A stretch of DNA of 64,000 bases from the human T2T-CHM13v2.0 reference genome, Homo sapiens: assembly GCF_009914755.1 (NCBI RefSeq), contig NC_060925.1. One strand, 5' to 3'. Every line of letters begins with the position of its first letter. The first letter of the stretch is position 1. This document shows, piece by piece, positions 16,528 to 64,000 of the stretch. The notes beneath the pieces were generated by a model. The model made no database searches, was not told where the DNA came from, and was given only the letters and a program-made list of their open reading frames with translations. A program made the translations under genes and the position numbers.

Positions 16528-18325
16528 TGTATTAGTTTTCTATGTCTGCCATAAGAAATTTCTACAAACTTACTGTCTGAAAAACCACAAAAGTTATAAT
16601 CTTACAGTTCTGCAGGTCTGAAGTAAAATATGGGCCTCACTGGGCTAAAATCATGGCACTGGCAGGGCTGCGTTCCTCTCTGGGTTTCAGGGGAGATTCT
16701 GTTCCCCTGCGTTTCCTGCTTCCAGAGGCTTCCCTTATTCCTTAGCTCGTGGCCCTTTTCATCTGAGTCCTTCACACGTCACATCCCTCTGACCCTCCTT
16801 TTACCTTCCTCTTTCCCTTGTAAAGACCCTTATATTCGGGTCCATAGATTAGGCTCACCTGGATGGTCCGGGATACTCTCCCTACCTTCAGGTCAGCTGA
16901 TTAACGAACTTAATTCCATCTGCTGCCTTAACTCTCCTTAGCTGTGTGTCTTCATCTGTTTTATGTGGCTATCACAGAATGGCACAGCCAGGGTTATTTA
17001 TAATGAACAGAAATGTATTTGGCTCATCATTCGGGAGGTCTGGGAGACTGAGCGCACAGTGAGCAAAGTGCCGGCATCTGGTGAGTGGCTTCATGCTGTG
17101 TCATCCCATGACAGAAGGCAGAAGGGGCAGAGAGGGCAAGAGTAAAAGCAAGAGAGGCTGAACTTGCTTGTTTTTGTTTTGGTTGTTGTTGTTTTAAGAG
17201 ACAGGGTCTCTCTCTATCATCCAGGCTGGAGTGCCGTGGCACAATCACAGATCACTGTAGCCTGGAACTCCCAGGCTCAAGTGATCCTCCCACTTTGGTC
17301 TCCCACATAGCTGGGATGATAGGTGTGCACCAGGCTGGTCTCGAACTCCTGGCCTCAAGTGATCCTCCTGCCTCAGCCTCCCAAAGTGGTAGGATTAGAG
17401 GCATGAGCCACTGCTTTTATAACAGAACTATTCTTGTAATAATGAACCCATTCCCTGGATAATGACATTAATTCATTAATAAGCGCAGTGTCCTCGTGAG
17501 CTAATCACATCTTATGAGGCCCTCACCTTCCAACACCATTGCCTTGGTGATGAGGCTTCCAGCACATGACTTTGTGGGGGGCGCATTCAAACCAGAGCAC
17601 CATGTCACATCATGAGAGCGCCATGTCACATCATGGAGTGCCACGCCACATCATAAGAGCACCGTGCCAAGTCATGAGAGCACCACGCCACGTCATGAGA
17701 GCGTCACGCCATGTCATGAGAGCACTGCGTCCCTTCATGGAGCGCCACACCACGTCATGAGAGCGCCACGTTACATCATGAGAGCGCCACGTTACATCAT
17801 GAGAGTGCCACGTCACATCATGAGAGCGCCACGTGACATCATGAGAGCGCCACATCCCTTCATGGAGTGCCACACCACGTCATGAGAGCACCATGTCACG
17901 TCATGAGAGCGCCACGTCACATCATGAGAGCACTGTGTCACTTCATGGAGCACCGTGCCACATCATTAGAGCACCGCGTTACGTCATGAGAACGCCACAC
18001 CACATCATGAGTGTGTCGCATCATGTCATGAGAGCACCACGTCACATCATGAGAGCACCATGTCACGTCATGAGAGCGCTGCGTCACGTCATGAGAGCGC
18101 CATGTCACATCATGAGAGCGCCACGTCACATCATGAGAGCGCCACGTCACATCATGAGAGCGCCATGTCACGTCATGAGAGCACCATGTCACATCATGAG
18201 AGCACCACGCTACATCATGAGAGCACCACGTCACATCATGAGAGTGCCACGTCACATCAAGTACTTATGGTTTACAGGGGTTAGGCTATGGGCATCTTTG
18301 GGAGCCGTTATTGTGCCTGCTTTGT
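16528..18325 (-). mobile_element. Nested cluster: MLT1 LTR split by an MST LTR (about 16945-17597), which contains an Alu (about 17180-17415); the VNTR sits at the junction
   Basis: MLT1 motifs GGGCTAAAATCA...TTAATTCCATCTGC resume after the VNTR as GGGGTTAGG...CATCTTTGGGAGCCGTTATT; the MST ends ...CATTCAAACCAGAGCA. Confidence 0.65.
17596..18259. repeat. 21-bp CpG-rich minisatellite, about 31 copies
   Basis: Unit CATGAGAGCGCCACGTCACAT with variants. Confidence 0.95.
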
Positions 18326-19809
18326 GGTATACCGTCATCACTCAGTGTTCTCCATTATCTTTCTGTCTGCCATATGCCTTTCCTCTTTTTGTTTTCTTCT
18401 CTGACATTATCTTTAATATTTTCCGTGATGGTTCTTTTAAAAAAATTGGTCACTGTTCTTGAAATAATGGAATTTTTCCTGGAGTAGCGCTGTTTTGGAG
18501 AGTAGTTGGGAGAAGGCCTAGCAAATATCCCCAAGGAGTCTGTGGATATCATTCAGGGGAGATCTGTGAGTTTGGATGGGAAGAATGTTCTCTTCTCTAT
18601 TTTCTCTAATGAATGTGAGTGACACAGCCCATTAGTATCAGTAGGTCCTATACATTTTTCACATTAGAAATTAGATACCTTCATATTGTTACAGTTTTGC
18701 TGAAACGTCAGTTGCTGTCACTACTACTTTCAAATTATGCCAGTTATTAGGCCCGCTGCTAGATATGATTAATTGGTGCATAAATATTACAAACTTTAAA
18801 AATGTTTTACCATTCTCTTTGTCATCTCTGTGTTTTATTTCATGCACTCGAAGTCCTTGTTCTGATAAAGGATGTATCCGCGTCACCAGTCATCAGAGTG
18901 ACAGCGAGGTTCGGGCACTGGAACAGTGCCAGGCCGAGGCCTGGGGACGTGCTGGCAGGGCAGGCAGCGTGAGTCCTGCCTCCTGCTTTCATCCTGTGCT
19001 CTCTGCTCCTCTTTGTGGGGTGTGGTCCTCTCCAGACTAACAGGAAGTCTCCTTGACTCACACCAAAACCTACATGTCACAGATTTGGGGTGATTTCACT
19101 TGCACTTCTCAGTGACTGGTGTCAGCATGGCTGAGGCTGGTCTTGACCTGCAGTTTCTCCCACACTGGGAACAGACAACCATTTGCTCCGGCAGATGCTC
19201 GTCCGTGTTTCCTCCCCACTTCCTGCTGTTGCTCACAGTGTCCAAAGAGGTTTTGGGGTTTGCCCGTGGACTTGACCTTGTGGTTCCAAAGAGAGCGGGG
19301 CTCAGGGTTGATGACTCCACCAGTTTGTGCTTCAGCCCTGGGAAAACCTTGATTCTCTTTGCCACCCCCAAGGTCTACAGAGGGTCTCCCTCATCCTGGC
19401 CCTCCTCTTCCCAGTCCCAGGTGCCAAGCACCTGGGGGTCAGTCCCCCACTGAGTGGTGTCTTCATAGAAGTGGAGATTCCTTTTCTGTTTCTCTTTCTT
19501 GTTGTTCTTAGTTGATTTTAGAAATGACACGGGGGCTAGAGCTTTCCCCCTGCCCTCTTTATCAGGAACTCTTTTTAGCTTTTTCTGTAACTTTTTAACA
19601 AATTGCTGATGTTATTTGCAAAAAACAGATGATACAGAATTGTGTGAAGCAGAAACTTCTTCTCCCAACTCAGTCACCTCTTTTCAGGGTGACCTCGGAG
19701 GCAAAAGTGGTATGTATTTTCCATTCTTTTCTCTATGCTTATAAATATATTTCAAGAATTCAGTCCATTTATTATTTATATTGGTATATCTGGTAAAACG
19801 AAATACAGT

Positions 19810-20200
19810 TTCTTACTTTTAATAATCATATTGTTGCACAACCAATCTCCAGAATGCTTTCATCTTGCAAAAGTGAAACTCTGTACTCATGAAGCACTCA
19901 TTCCCCATTCCTCTCTCCCCAATCCCCCCACCCTCTGTTTTTTTTTGTCCCTGGTTCTATTTTTTGTTTCTGTGAATTTGGTTACTGTAGAAACTTCCTA
20001 TACATAGAATCGTACAGTGTGTGTCCCTTGGTGACTGGCCTGTCGCACTCAGCAAATGTCCTCAGGGTTTGTCCATGTTGCAGTGTGTGTCAGAATTTCC
20101 TTTCTCTTTAGACTATTCCGTGGTGTGTGTATAGCCCTTGTTGTTTTTCCATTCATCTGTTGCGGGAGACTGGGGTTGTCTCTACCTTTTGGCTCTTGGG
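19810..20200 (-). mobile_element. L1MB 3' fragment
   Basis: CAACCAATCTCCAGAA...CATCTTGCAAAAGTGAAACTCTGTAC. Confidence 0.75.
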
Positions 20201-20883
20201 CATAGCCACCTGTTATGGACAAGGAGCACTAAAATCACCGTTTTTGTTTTTTTTTTTTTTTTTCCTGCAGATAACTGACTGCTCTCAAATGTCCCTTATC
20301 TCTGATGAAGGAACTTGATTGTTTATTTTTTGATTATTTATTTGTTTAAAGGCAAGGTTGAAAGTCAGGTGCTGTGAATTCCAATTCCTCGAGTTTCCGG
20401 TGGGCGATATAAATGAGAGGTGTGGACGGAAAGTAGGAGGTAGTAGGGAGTGGTGAGGACTGTGGAAAACCTGAGTCCATGCTCAGTGGGGGCAGCCTGC
20501 ACAAGCTCCTGGTGCCACATTTGTTGAAGGGATGGTGGTTGACTTAGTTCTAGAATTCTAAGTTTTAAACAGAAACCTGAAATCTGACTAGTTTATGTAA
20601 AAGCCCTGATTTTACATCTTGGCAACAAACTTAGAAATGTAAGTATACTGTGAGACTGAGATTTTGTGTCTATACCTCACAATAAAGATGAATCAACTAA
20701 AAATGTATTCAAAAGAAGACAATATTTTTTAAAAGCACCAAAAATTGTGAAAAAGAAAAAAATGTAGGTGGGATTGAATTTATTCCCTCATATATGAAAC
20801 TGTTTATATTTCAGCAATGAAATAAAATATAAGTGACTCAGTCACTGGTTTTTAGTCAAGCCATGTATGCCTCACAAAAATCA

Positions 20884-21240
<357 letters not shown>

Positions 21241-22049
21241 TTACCTGTTTTCCTTCTCTTTGTGAGTTTGCAATAAAGTCCTCTCGATTTGCTTTAACTT
21301 GGCATGTGTCTTTCAGAGATATTGGAGAGCACTGGGAGGCATTCCTTAAAGGTAGATGAGGCAAAGAACCAAGACAAGGGGCTCTGGCTCTAACACTCTT
21401 GGTGGGTTCTAGAGATCAGATTATGAACACAGGAAAAGGAGAAGATAAATGGGATGAAGAAGCCAATTCCAACATATTACATAGCATGCTTATATGAAGG
21501 ACTTGGCTTTCGTAAAGTAAGAACTGACAGCTTTTTTCTTGATGGCCATCCACTTTTTAGTCTGTGTCTCAGAAAGTGTAGAGGTCGAGGAATCAGGGGC
21601 CCCTGGGACTCTTGGGTCATAGACACATTAGGAAAACCCACCTCAGCTGGGGAAGCTGACTCAGCGCCAGCACTCCAGGCCCCAGAGGAGCAGTCACCCC
21701 TGGAAAGAGGGAAGAGCAGCAGCAGCAACGGAAGGTCACGTCTCCTCACAAGAACTCACAAAGTCTCGCTAATGTTATGACTGTACTTTCTGAAACCCAA
21801 TTTGTCTTTGTTCATACCTTTTCCCTTCCTGCTAGTCACATTTTTTCTGGTGAGAGAAAGTGAAATTGCCATTTTTAATATCAGCCAGTCACTTTCAGTT
21901 TGAAATGCAGTCTGTTTCTTGGTAACCTCAGATACTTTGGCACTCCCCACCTCCGATCTCTTCTGTTCTCTCTAGTAGGGGAGGATGTCTGGCTTCTGGG
22001 CTGATCTCTGCCTTTGCTGAGCACCCCTGAGATCATCCCACTTGGGCTT

Positions 22050-22745
<696 letters not shown>

Positions 22746-23260
22746 CAGCTTGGGTACTAGCCTCCTTCTCCACTGCGTCTGGCGCCACATCCTCACCCCA
22801 GCGTCAGCCCTCCTCGGATTCCCAGTCATCCCAAAAACTTCTGTTTCTTTCTTGGGACTGAGCCATGCAGCGTTTTGTGAGTATGTCCTGGCCTGCTCAC
22901 CTGGCACCTGGGTGCCAATTCCTTGTTGTTTTAGAAGCGAGGTTTCTTTCTCTGAGAGGCATACACTTTCTCTGGGCCACGTCGGGACCACGAGGTGTGT
23001 TGTCCCCTGCTAGACCTCGTAGGTTCTGTGCCTAATGGTTGCTGGTCTGATCACCTATGGGATCTGCTGTACTCCTGTTAAAATACTATGCTGCCTCACA
23101 GGGCAGAGCACGTGCCTAGCCTTAGGCAATTTATGCCCTGACTTTAGGAAGAATTGGCACCTATTGGGGAAGAAGGACATTTTAAAAAGGGAGCATTGCT
23201 ACATGGAGAACTGGTGTGATGACAGTGGTTGAAGAGGCTGGAGAGACCCACTGTCAGTAG

Positions 23261-23667
<407 letters not shown>

Positions 23668-23869
23668 TCCTTTTCTCTTTTTTAAATCACAAAGTTATAT
23701 ATGCTTGTTGGAAAAAAAGGCAATCAATACAGAAACGAATAAGGTCTAGAAAATATAAGTCCTCTCTGTTTTCCTATTTCCTGTATCGAGTTTCAAATAC
23801 AGATCTTCCTGATTCGTCTACACATGTACTAGTCAGTGCAAATATGTGTTTTATTTTATCTTTTCTCTT

Positions 23870-24250
23870 TTTATTATATTTATTTAAGGTGCACAACATG
23901 ATGTTTTGGTACACATACGCATAGTGAAATGATTACTACAGTCAGGCAAATTAACATATGCATTGCCTCACAGTTTAGTGGTTTTTTTTTTTGAGCATAG
24001 TAAGAACTCCTAAAATCTCTCTTAGCCATTTGTAATATACAATCCTATGAACTATGGTCCTCATGCTGCACATTGCATCTCTAGTCTCATTCATCCCTCT
24101 CATTTCCTCCTTCTGGTCGCTACCATTCTACTTTGTTTCTATGTATTTGACCTTTTAAAGATTGCACATGTAAGCCTGATCACGCAGTATTTGTTTTTCT
24201 GTGCCTGGCTTATTTCACTTAGCATAGTGTCCTGCAGGTTCATCATGTGA
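23870..24250 (-). mobile_element. L1M 3' fragment
   Basis: TTTCTGTGCCTGGCTTATTTCACTTAGCATA. Confidence 0.75.
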
Positions 24251-24829
24251 TACATTTTAAAAATCTCTCCCTCTCTATGTGTAGACTTAGCCCGACTTGC
24301 CTGATATCTGATAGAACACTATTGTGCCCTTGCAGGCGACAGAGCTGTCAGACCAGGGCTGACAAGCAGAATCCCCTTTGCAGTAGCAGCTCCTCACGTG
24401 TGCTTTCTAAGCCCTTAAAATGCTACTGTGTGGGGCAGTGTGGTTTTGAGCAAATGAAAAGCAGCTCCGGCCTCTGCAGCCTAAGAGAATGTCTCCTTCA
24501 GGCAAACAATATGTCTTCTCGTTGCTCACTGAGAAGGATAACCACCTCCTCCCCAGGCTGACAGTGGAGTGATCAGCACATCATTGGACAGAGAAAGGAG
24601 TGGTGAGCAGTGGGAGCTGAGCTGACGGTTATATGCAGGGTTAGCGCTGCCCTGCAGTATTATTACTGCTCTGTTTTTTCTCACTATGTTGCCTGGCCTG
24701 GACTCAAACTCCTGGGCTCAAACAATCCTCCTGCCTCAGCTTACTGCTCTGTTTTGGACTTTCCAGGGGAATCTTGACTTTCAGTGTTTTAGGTCTTGTT
24801 CCCTCACCTATACTTTCTTCTTCTTCTTC

Positions 24830-25990
<1,161 letters not shown>

Positions 25991-26694
25991 ACCTACAATT
26001 TGAATACTACTGTACAGTTTACATTTTGCTGTCAGGTATTATTTTATTTATTTTTTCCTCTCTATAATAATGTATTATAGATCAGGTCTTGTTTTATTTG
26101 AGCCTCACAGGAAAGCTGAGGTGAGGGTCGCAGGCAAGGAGTCGGACCACCGGAGTGGTCGCAGCATTCAGTGGAGAGTGAAGCAGCGAAGGCTGGAAAC
26201 CTCATCTGCTTCTCGTGAACTTCCCACTGCCCCAAGTGACTGATGTCCTTACACAATTGCAGCCAGTTCGCCAGCTGCATGAGTGACAGTGGCATAATTG
26301 ATGATTGCCAAAAACGGAAACAGCCCAACTGTCCTTTGCCTAGGGAATAGAAAACCAAATTGTGGCCTATCCAACCCATGAAATACTTAACTGCAGTAAA
26401 AAGGAATAAGCTACTGATCTGAATCTCACAGGCATCATATGAAGTGAGCGGACTCGCTCACCAAAGGCTGCACACTGTTTATGTGATGCTCTGGAAAAGG
26501 TAATGCTTTAGCAGGTGGAAGAAGTGGGGCTGCGGGTGGGGACAGAGGCTGACTATGTGGCAGCACAGTGGGTGGGGACAGAGGCTGCACAGGGAGCATG
26601 TGCAGCTGATGCAGGTGCTCTGTGTGGGCTGTGGTGGTGGGTAGCTATATGCTTGTGAGCACTCACAGGCCTGTGCATGAAAAAGGTGCGAATA

Positions 26695-28870
<2,176 letters not shown>

Positions 28871-28914
28871 AAGGCATGGATTTTTACTGCATATGAATTA
28901 TACCTAAATTTGTC

Positions 28915-29420
<506 letters not shown>

Positions 29421-30161
29421 GAGCTCCTTTCTTTTGGAGCATATTTGGTCTGCTTTCTCTCTAGCTTCAGCACCTGAAGTTTTTGCTGCTCCTGCCTCAG
29501 CTCCAGCCCCGAATGACACCTTTCACCTGGTTCATGGAGACTCAGGTCTGCTGTCATGCCCCTAAGCAGGACTAGATGCCTCTCTCATGTTGTAGAGCAT
29601 TCTCTCTGCAGTTCTGTAGAAAGGTGGTGGTCATCGGAACCAACTGCTTATTCTAGCTTCTCTGTGCCAGGCTCTGTTTTAAAGGCCTCACGTTTAGCCA
29701 TTCACTCAGTGTTTTCTGACAGCCTTCTAGGATAGGTACCGTTATTTGGGTTGATGTAGTGCTTGGTCAAATGCAGTATAATGAAGGGATCAAGGAGGGG
29801 GCAATTCCAAGCAAAACCACTTGTTCATCCATCCTGAGTCTAGGAGATTTGGAAGATCTAAAGAAGTAGCAGGCAATTATTGTCACCCTTTTACAGGTAT
29901 GAGGCACAGACAGACCCAGTCATTTGCTGACATCCCTCCACTGAACTGGGTGCTCGTCCTTTTCACTCACCCAGAGGCTGAGCGAGTGCCTCTCACCCAC
30001 CAAGCTCTGTTGAACTTGTGCCTTTGCCGGTCTGTGGTCCTGCGGCCGTCTCATGAGCTGCAGAGTAGGTCTGTGTGTGTCTCTCCTCAAGCTACTCAAG
30101 CTGAGGCTTTGTGTGCATGCCTGCCACATACCAGCCATTCCGTGAGTGTTAGTGGAACAGG

Positions 30162-30176
30162 TGAGTCAATGAGTCA
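30162..30176. promoter_or_regulatory. Tandem AP-1 sites
   Basis: TGAGTCA at 30162-30168 and 30170-30176. Confidence 0.55.
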
Positions 30177-30334
30177 GGGAGTAAAATTTGTGCTTTAAAA
30201 GTAGAACATGTCGGAGAGAACCTGTACTGCCTTCCAGCCATCTTGCTGTGAGAGGACAGGGCATGGACTCTGGAGTTTGAAGGCTGGGTCAGGTCATGCT
30301 CTGGATTCTTTACTCACTCGCATGGCATGTCCTT

Positions 30335-30346
30335 AGTTTCACTTCC
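30335..30346 (-). promoter_or_regulatory. PU.1-IRF8 composite element (EICE)
   Basis: AGTTTCACTTCC = GGAAGTGAAACT on the minus strand, about 320 bp upstream of exon 1. Confidence 0.6.
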
Positions 30347-30633
30347 CTCACTCTCAGTGGAGCCGTTGCAGCGGGCAGTGTCAGAGGCAACATCCATTTA
30401 GCACTGCCGATTTGACCCCCAGCCCCATCTCATACTGGCCTCCCACCCTGCTTCTGTGGGGTGCCTCAGAGGAGAGCAAGGTGAACCCCAGTATGGAACC
30501 GAGACACGGTTTTGACAACACTGTTGATCCCATTTGGAAAATCCAGCTATGTGATTAACCATTAGTCTCTCTGCCTCTGCTCTGATGTAAGTGGAGACCA
30601 CATCCTTCCTGCCCCTTCTGGGGCTGCGACTGC

Positions 30634-30640
30634 TATAAAT
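30634..30640 (+). promoter_or_regulatory. NLRP3: TATA box of the NLRP3 upstream promoter
   Basis: TATAAAT about 29 nt upstream of the short first exon. Confidence 0.75.
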
Positions 30641-30662
30641 TCATTGCATTTCCTCTCTAGCT

Positions 30663-30683
30663 GTTCCTGAGGCTGGCATCTGG
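30663..30683 (+). other. NLRP3: NLRP3 non-coding exon 1 (start approximate)
   Basis: GTTCCTGAGGCTGGCATCTGG followed by strong donor GTAAGT at 30684; matches the recalled 5' end of NLRP3 mRNAs. Confidence 0.8.
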
Positions 30684-31104
30684 GTAAGTCCAGCTCCGCG
30701 GGGCAGTGTGGGCGACAGGACCGGGAGAGCAGTGGGGGAGATTGTGTTCAGAGGGCAGAACTTGTCCTGGTTAATGCACTAGGAATTTCTTCTGGCGTCT
30801 CCAAGGTTGTGCTTCAACAACATTTCTGGAATGTTCTTTTATCATTATTTGGGCTCTACGTGTGCAAGTTCGTGTGTGTGTATGTGGCGGGGGGAAGCGG
30901 GGAGGACAGCGGCAGCAACCATAGTTTACACCCACGACTTCAGCAGATTTGCCCAGTATCCCTCCCAGGGGAGAAGATGGATGGGATATACAGAAGGAAA
31001 CAAACCTCCTTAAAGACCAAAGGGCAGCAGATTTTTGTGCTGGTGTTAGGGTGGAAGGAGCACAGAAGAAAGGCAGAATCCTGATGCAGATGGAAGGACT
31101 GATG

Positions 31105-31230
31105 GGGCAGGAGCTGGGAGGGTATGCGGAGCTAATAGGGCTGTCTGGAGAGCAGTCACCTCAGGATGGGCAGGAGCTGGGAGGGTATGCGGAGCTAATA
31201 GGGCTGTCTGGAGAGCAGTCACCTCAGGAT
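31105..31230. repeat. Perfect 63-bp tandem duplication in intron 1
   Basis: GGGCAGGAGCTGGGAGGGTATGCGG...CACCTCAGGAT at 31105-31167 and 31168-31230. Confidence 0.95.
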
Positions 31231-31699
31231 GCACAGGGCTGGGTTTGCAGGGCTCAGGAGGCGAGGAGTAGATAGGCAGGAATGGAGATGGGACGGGAGA
31301 GATGAGTGAGTCTGAGGCATCTTGACATTGAACTGCAGTCACAGAAATTCCAATTTGGAGAGCTCCACAGTTTTCCAGGCTCTCTGCCTCCCTTGAGTGT
31401 TATTTATGGCTTTAGGTTGAGGTGCTTTGCCAAATAGAGTATAATCAAGGGATCAAGGAGGGAACAATTCCAAACAAAGCCAACTTGTTCATCCATCCGG
31501 ACTCTAGGAGATATGGAAGATCTAAAGATACAGCAGGTGATTGCTAGTTTTTGTGGAACTCACAGTCTAGTTGGGAAGACTATGTTGGTGAATGCTGCAG
31601 TGATACACCTGTGATAAATGCTGGGGAAGTGTGTCTTTTAGTCATCTATTTTGTTGTCTTTGTCTTTGTCTGACTGAAACAAGTGATGGAAGACATGGT

Positions 31700-32255
<556 letters not shown>

Positions 32256-32542
32256 ATGTATGTTTTTATTATTCTCCATTATGCACTCCCAGCTTCATCT
32301 CACTTCAATCCACTGGTTGATAGAAGTGCAGTCAAAGACTGTCCCCTCCTCTGCAAGCTTTTATGTTCTCTCTCCTCTCTCCCTAGCCACGTCCTGTTCT
32401 GTTATCAACACACTTACTCACCTCCTGGCCTTCTCCTTCTATTGTCTCTCATCCCTCTTCCCTCACAAAAACAGAAGCAAAGAGCCAGAGCCTTCAGTTT
32501 GGAGGAACTGAAAACATTCTCTTCTGCTTTCTCATTTTGTAG

Positions 32543-63146
<30,604 letters not shown>

Positions 63147-63437
63147 GAGTGGAAACGGGGCTGCCAGACGCCAGTGTTCTCCGGTCCCTCCAGCTGGGGG
63201 CCCTCAGGTGGAGAGAGCTGCGATCCATCCAGGCCAAGACCACAGCTCTGTGATCCTTCCGGTGGAGTGTCGGAGAAGAGAGCTTGCCGACGATGCCTTC
63301 CTGTGCAGAGCTTGGGCATCTCCTTTACGCCAGGGTGAGGAAGACACCAGGACAATGACAGCATCGGGTGTTGTTGTCATCACAGCGCCTCAGTTAGAGG
63401 ATGTTCCTCTTGGTGACCTCATGTAATTAGCTCATTC

Positions 63438-63443
63438 AATAAA
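63438..63443 (+). terminator. NLRP3: Proximal poly(A) signal of NLRP3
   Basis: AATAAA followed by a long U-rich downstream region. Confidence 0.75.
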
Positions 63444-63552
63444 GCACTTTCTTTATTTTTCTCTTCTCTGTCTAACTTTCTTTTTCCTATCTTTTTTTCT
63501 TCTTTGTTCTGTTTACTTTTGCTCATATCATCATTCCCGCTATCTTTCTATT

Positions 63553-63559
63553 AACTGAC
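63553..63559 (+). promoter_or_regulatory. miR-223-3p seed match in the NLRP3 3'UTR
   Basis: AACTGAC, complementary to miR-223 seed GUCAGUU; miR-223 is an established NLRP3 regulator. Confidence 0.85.
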
Positions 63560-63610
63560 CATAACACAGAACTAGTTGACTATATATTATGTTGAAATTT
63601 TATGGCAGCT

Positions 63611-63623
63611 ATTTATTTATTTA
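63611..63623 (+). promoter_or_regulatory. AU-rich element (TTP/ZFP36 type)
   Basis: ATTTATTTATTTA, three overlapping AUUUA pentamers. Confidence 0.75.
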
Positions 63624-63718
63624 AATTTTTTGTAATAGTTTTGTTTTCTAATAAGAAAAATCCATGCTTTTTGTAGCTGGTTGAAAATTCAGGAATATGT
63701 AAAACTTTTTGGTATTTA

Positions 63719-63724
63719 ATTAAA
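63719..63724 (+). terminator. NLRP3: Candidate distal poly(A) signal
   Basis: ATTAAA variant downstream of the ARE; AATAAG at about 63650 is another candidate. Confidence 0.45.
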
Positions 63725-64000
63725 TTGATTCCTTTTCTTAATTTTAAAAAAGAGTACCTAGAAATTTTTCAAATTATTTCTCTAAACCACTAAAGATAAA
63801 TTAAATTGTTTGGTGCATTTTAAAAGTCACTTTGGCAAATGATTCCATTGTAGATAATTTTTAAAACGTTACCTCACTCTAACTGTAATGAGTGGAATTT
63901 CACCTTTGATAGGATAGGAGATTGAAAATCGTGGAGGGAAAGGTTTGAGAGTATCAGAGCCTGCGCTCCTAACTAGAAGTATTATGTAGAAGATGCATCT

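Noticed and set aside
17566-18462. His/Arg/Met-rich periodic ORFs
   Set aside because: Translations of the 21-bp VNTR
26147-26162. GACCAC-CGGA-GTGGTC hairpin in a mildly CpG-containing patch
   Set aside because: A 6-bp stem is expected by chance; no ncRNA signature

Overview
Human (or near-identical hominid) genomic DNA containing the complete NLRP3 (cryopyrin) gene on the + strand, plus about 30 kb of repeat-rich upstream sequence. Nine coding exons (283+120+1753+5x171+100 = 3111 nt) have GT-AG boundaries and join into the 1036-aa PYD-NACHT-LRR protein. A TATA promoter, a short non-coding first exon, an alternatively processed 5'UTR and a 3'UTR with alternative poly(A), miR-223 and AU-rich signals are also visible. 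The rest is mostly Alu, L1/HAL1, L2, MIR, MaLR/ERV LTRs and DNA transposons; repeat subfamily names come from recalled consensus sequences and their boundaries are approximate. Almost all other ORFs in the track are Alu, VNTR or antisense artefacts. I found no new multi-gene system. The best second-look items are regulatory or structural: (1) three minisatellites whose units are functional motifs (a UPRE/CRE array upstream, a CTCF array in intron 4, and a repeated splice-site cassette abutting exon 6); (2) a splicing-dependent uORF switch in the 5'UTR; (3) an antisense NDUFA3 retrocopy in the last intron that seems to preserve an unusual splice isoform and a ZNF143 site; (4) a tailless 5S rRNA retro-fragment inside an Alu monomer; (5) local dispersed duplications, one bracketing the promoter.
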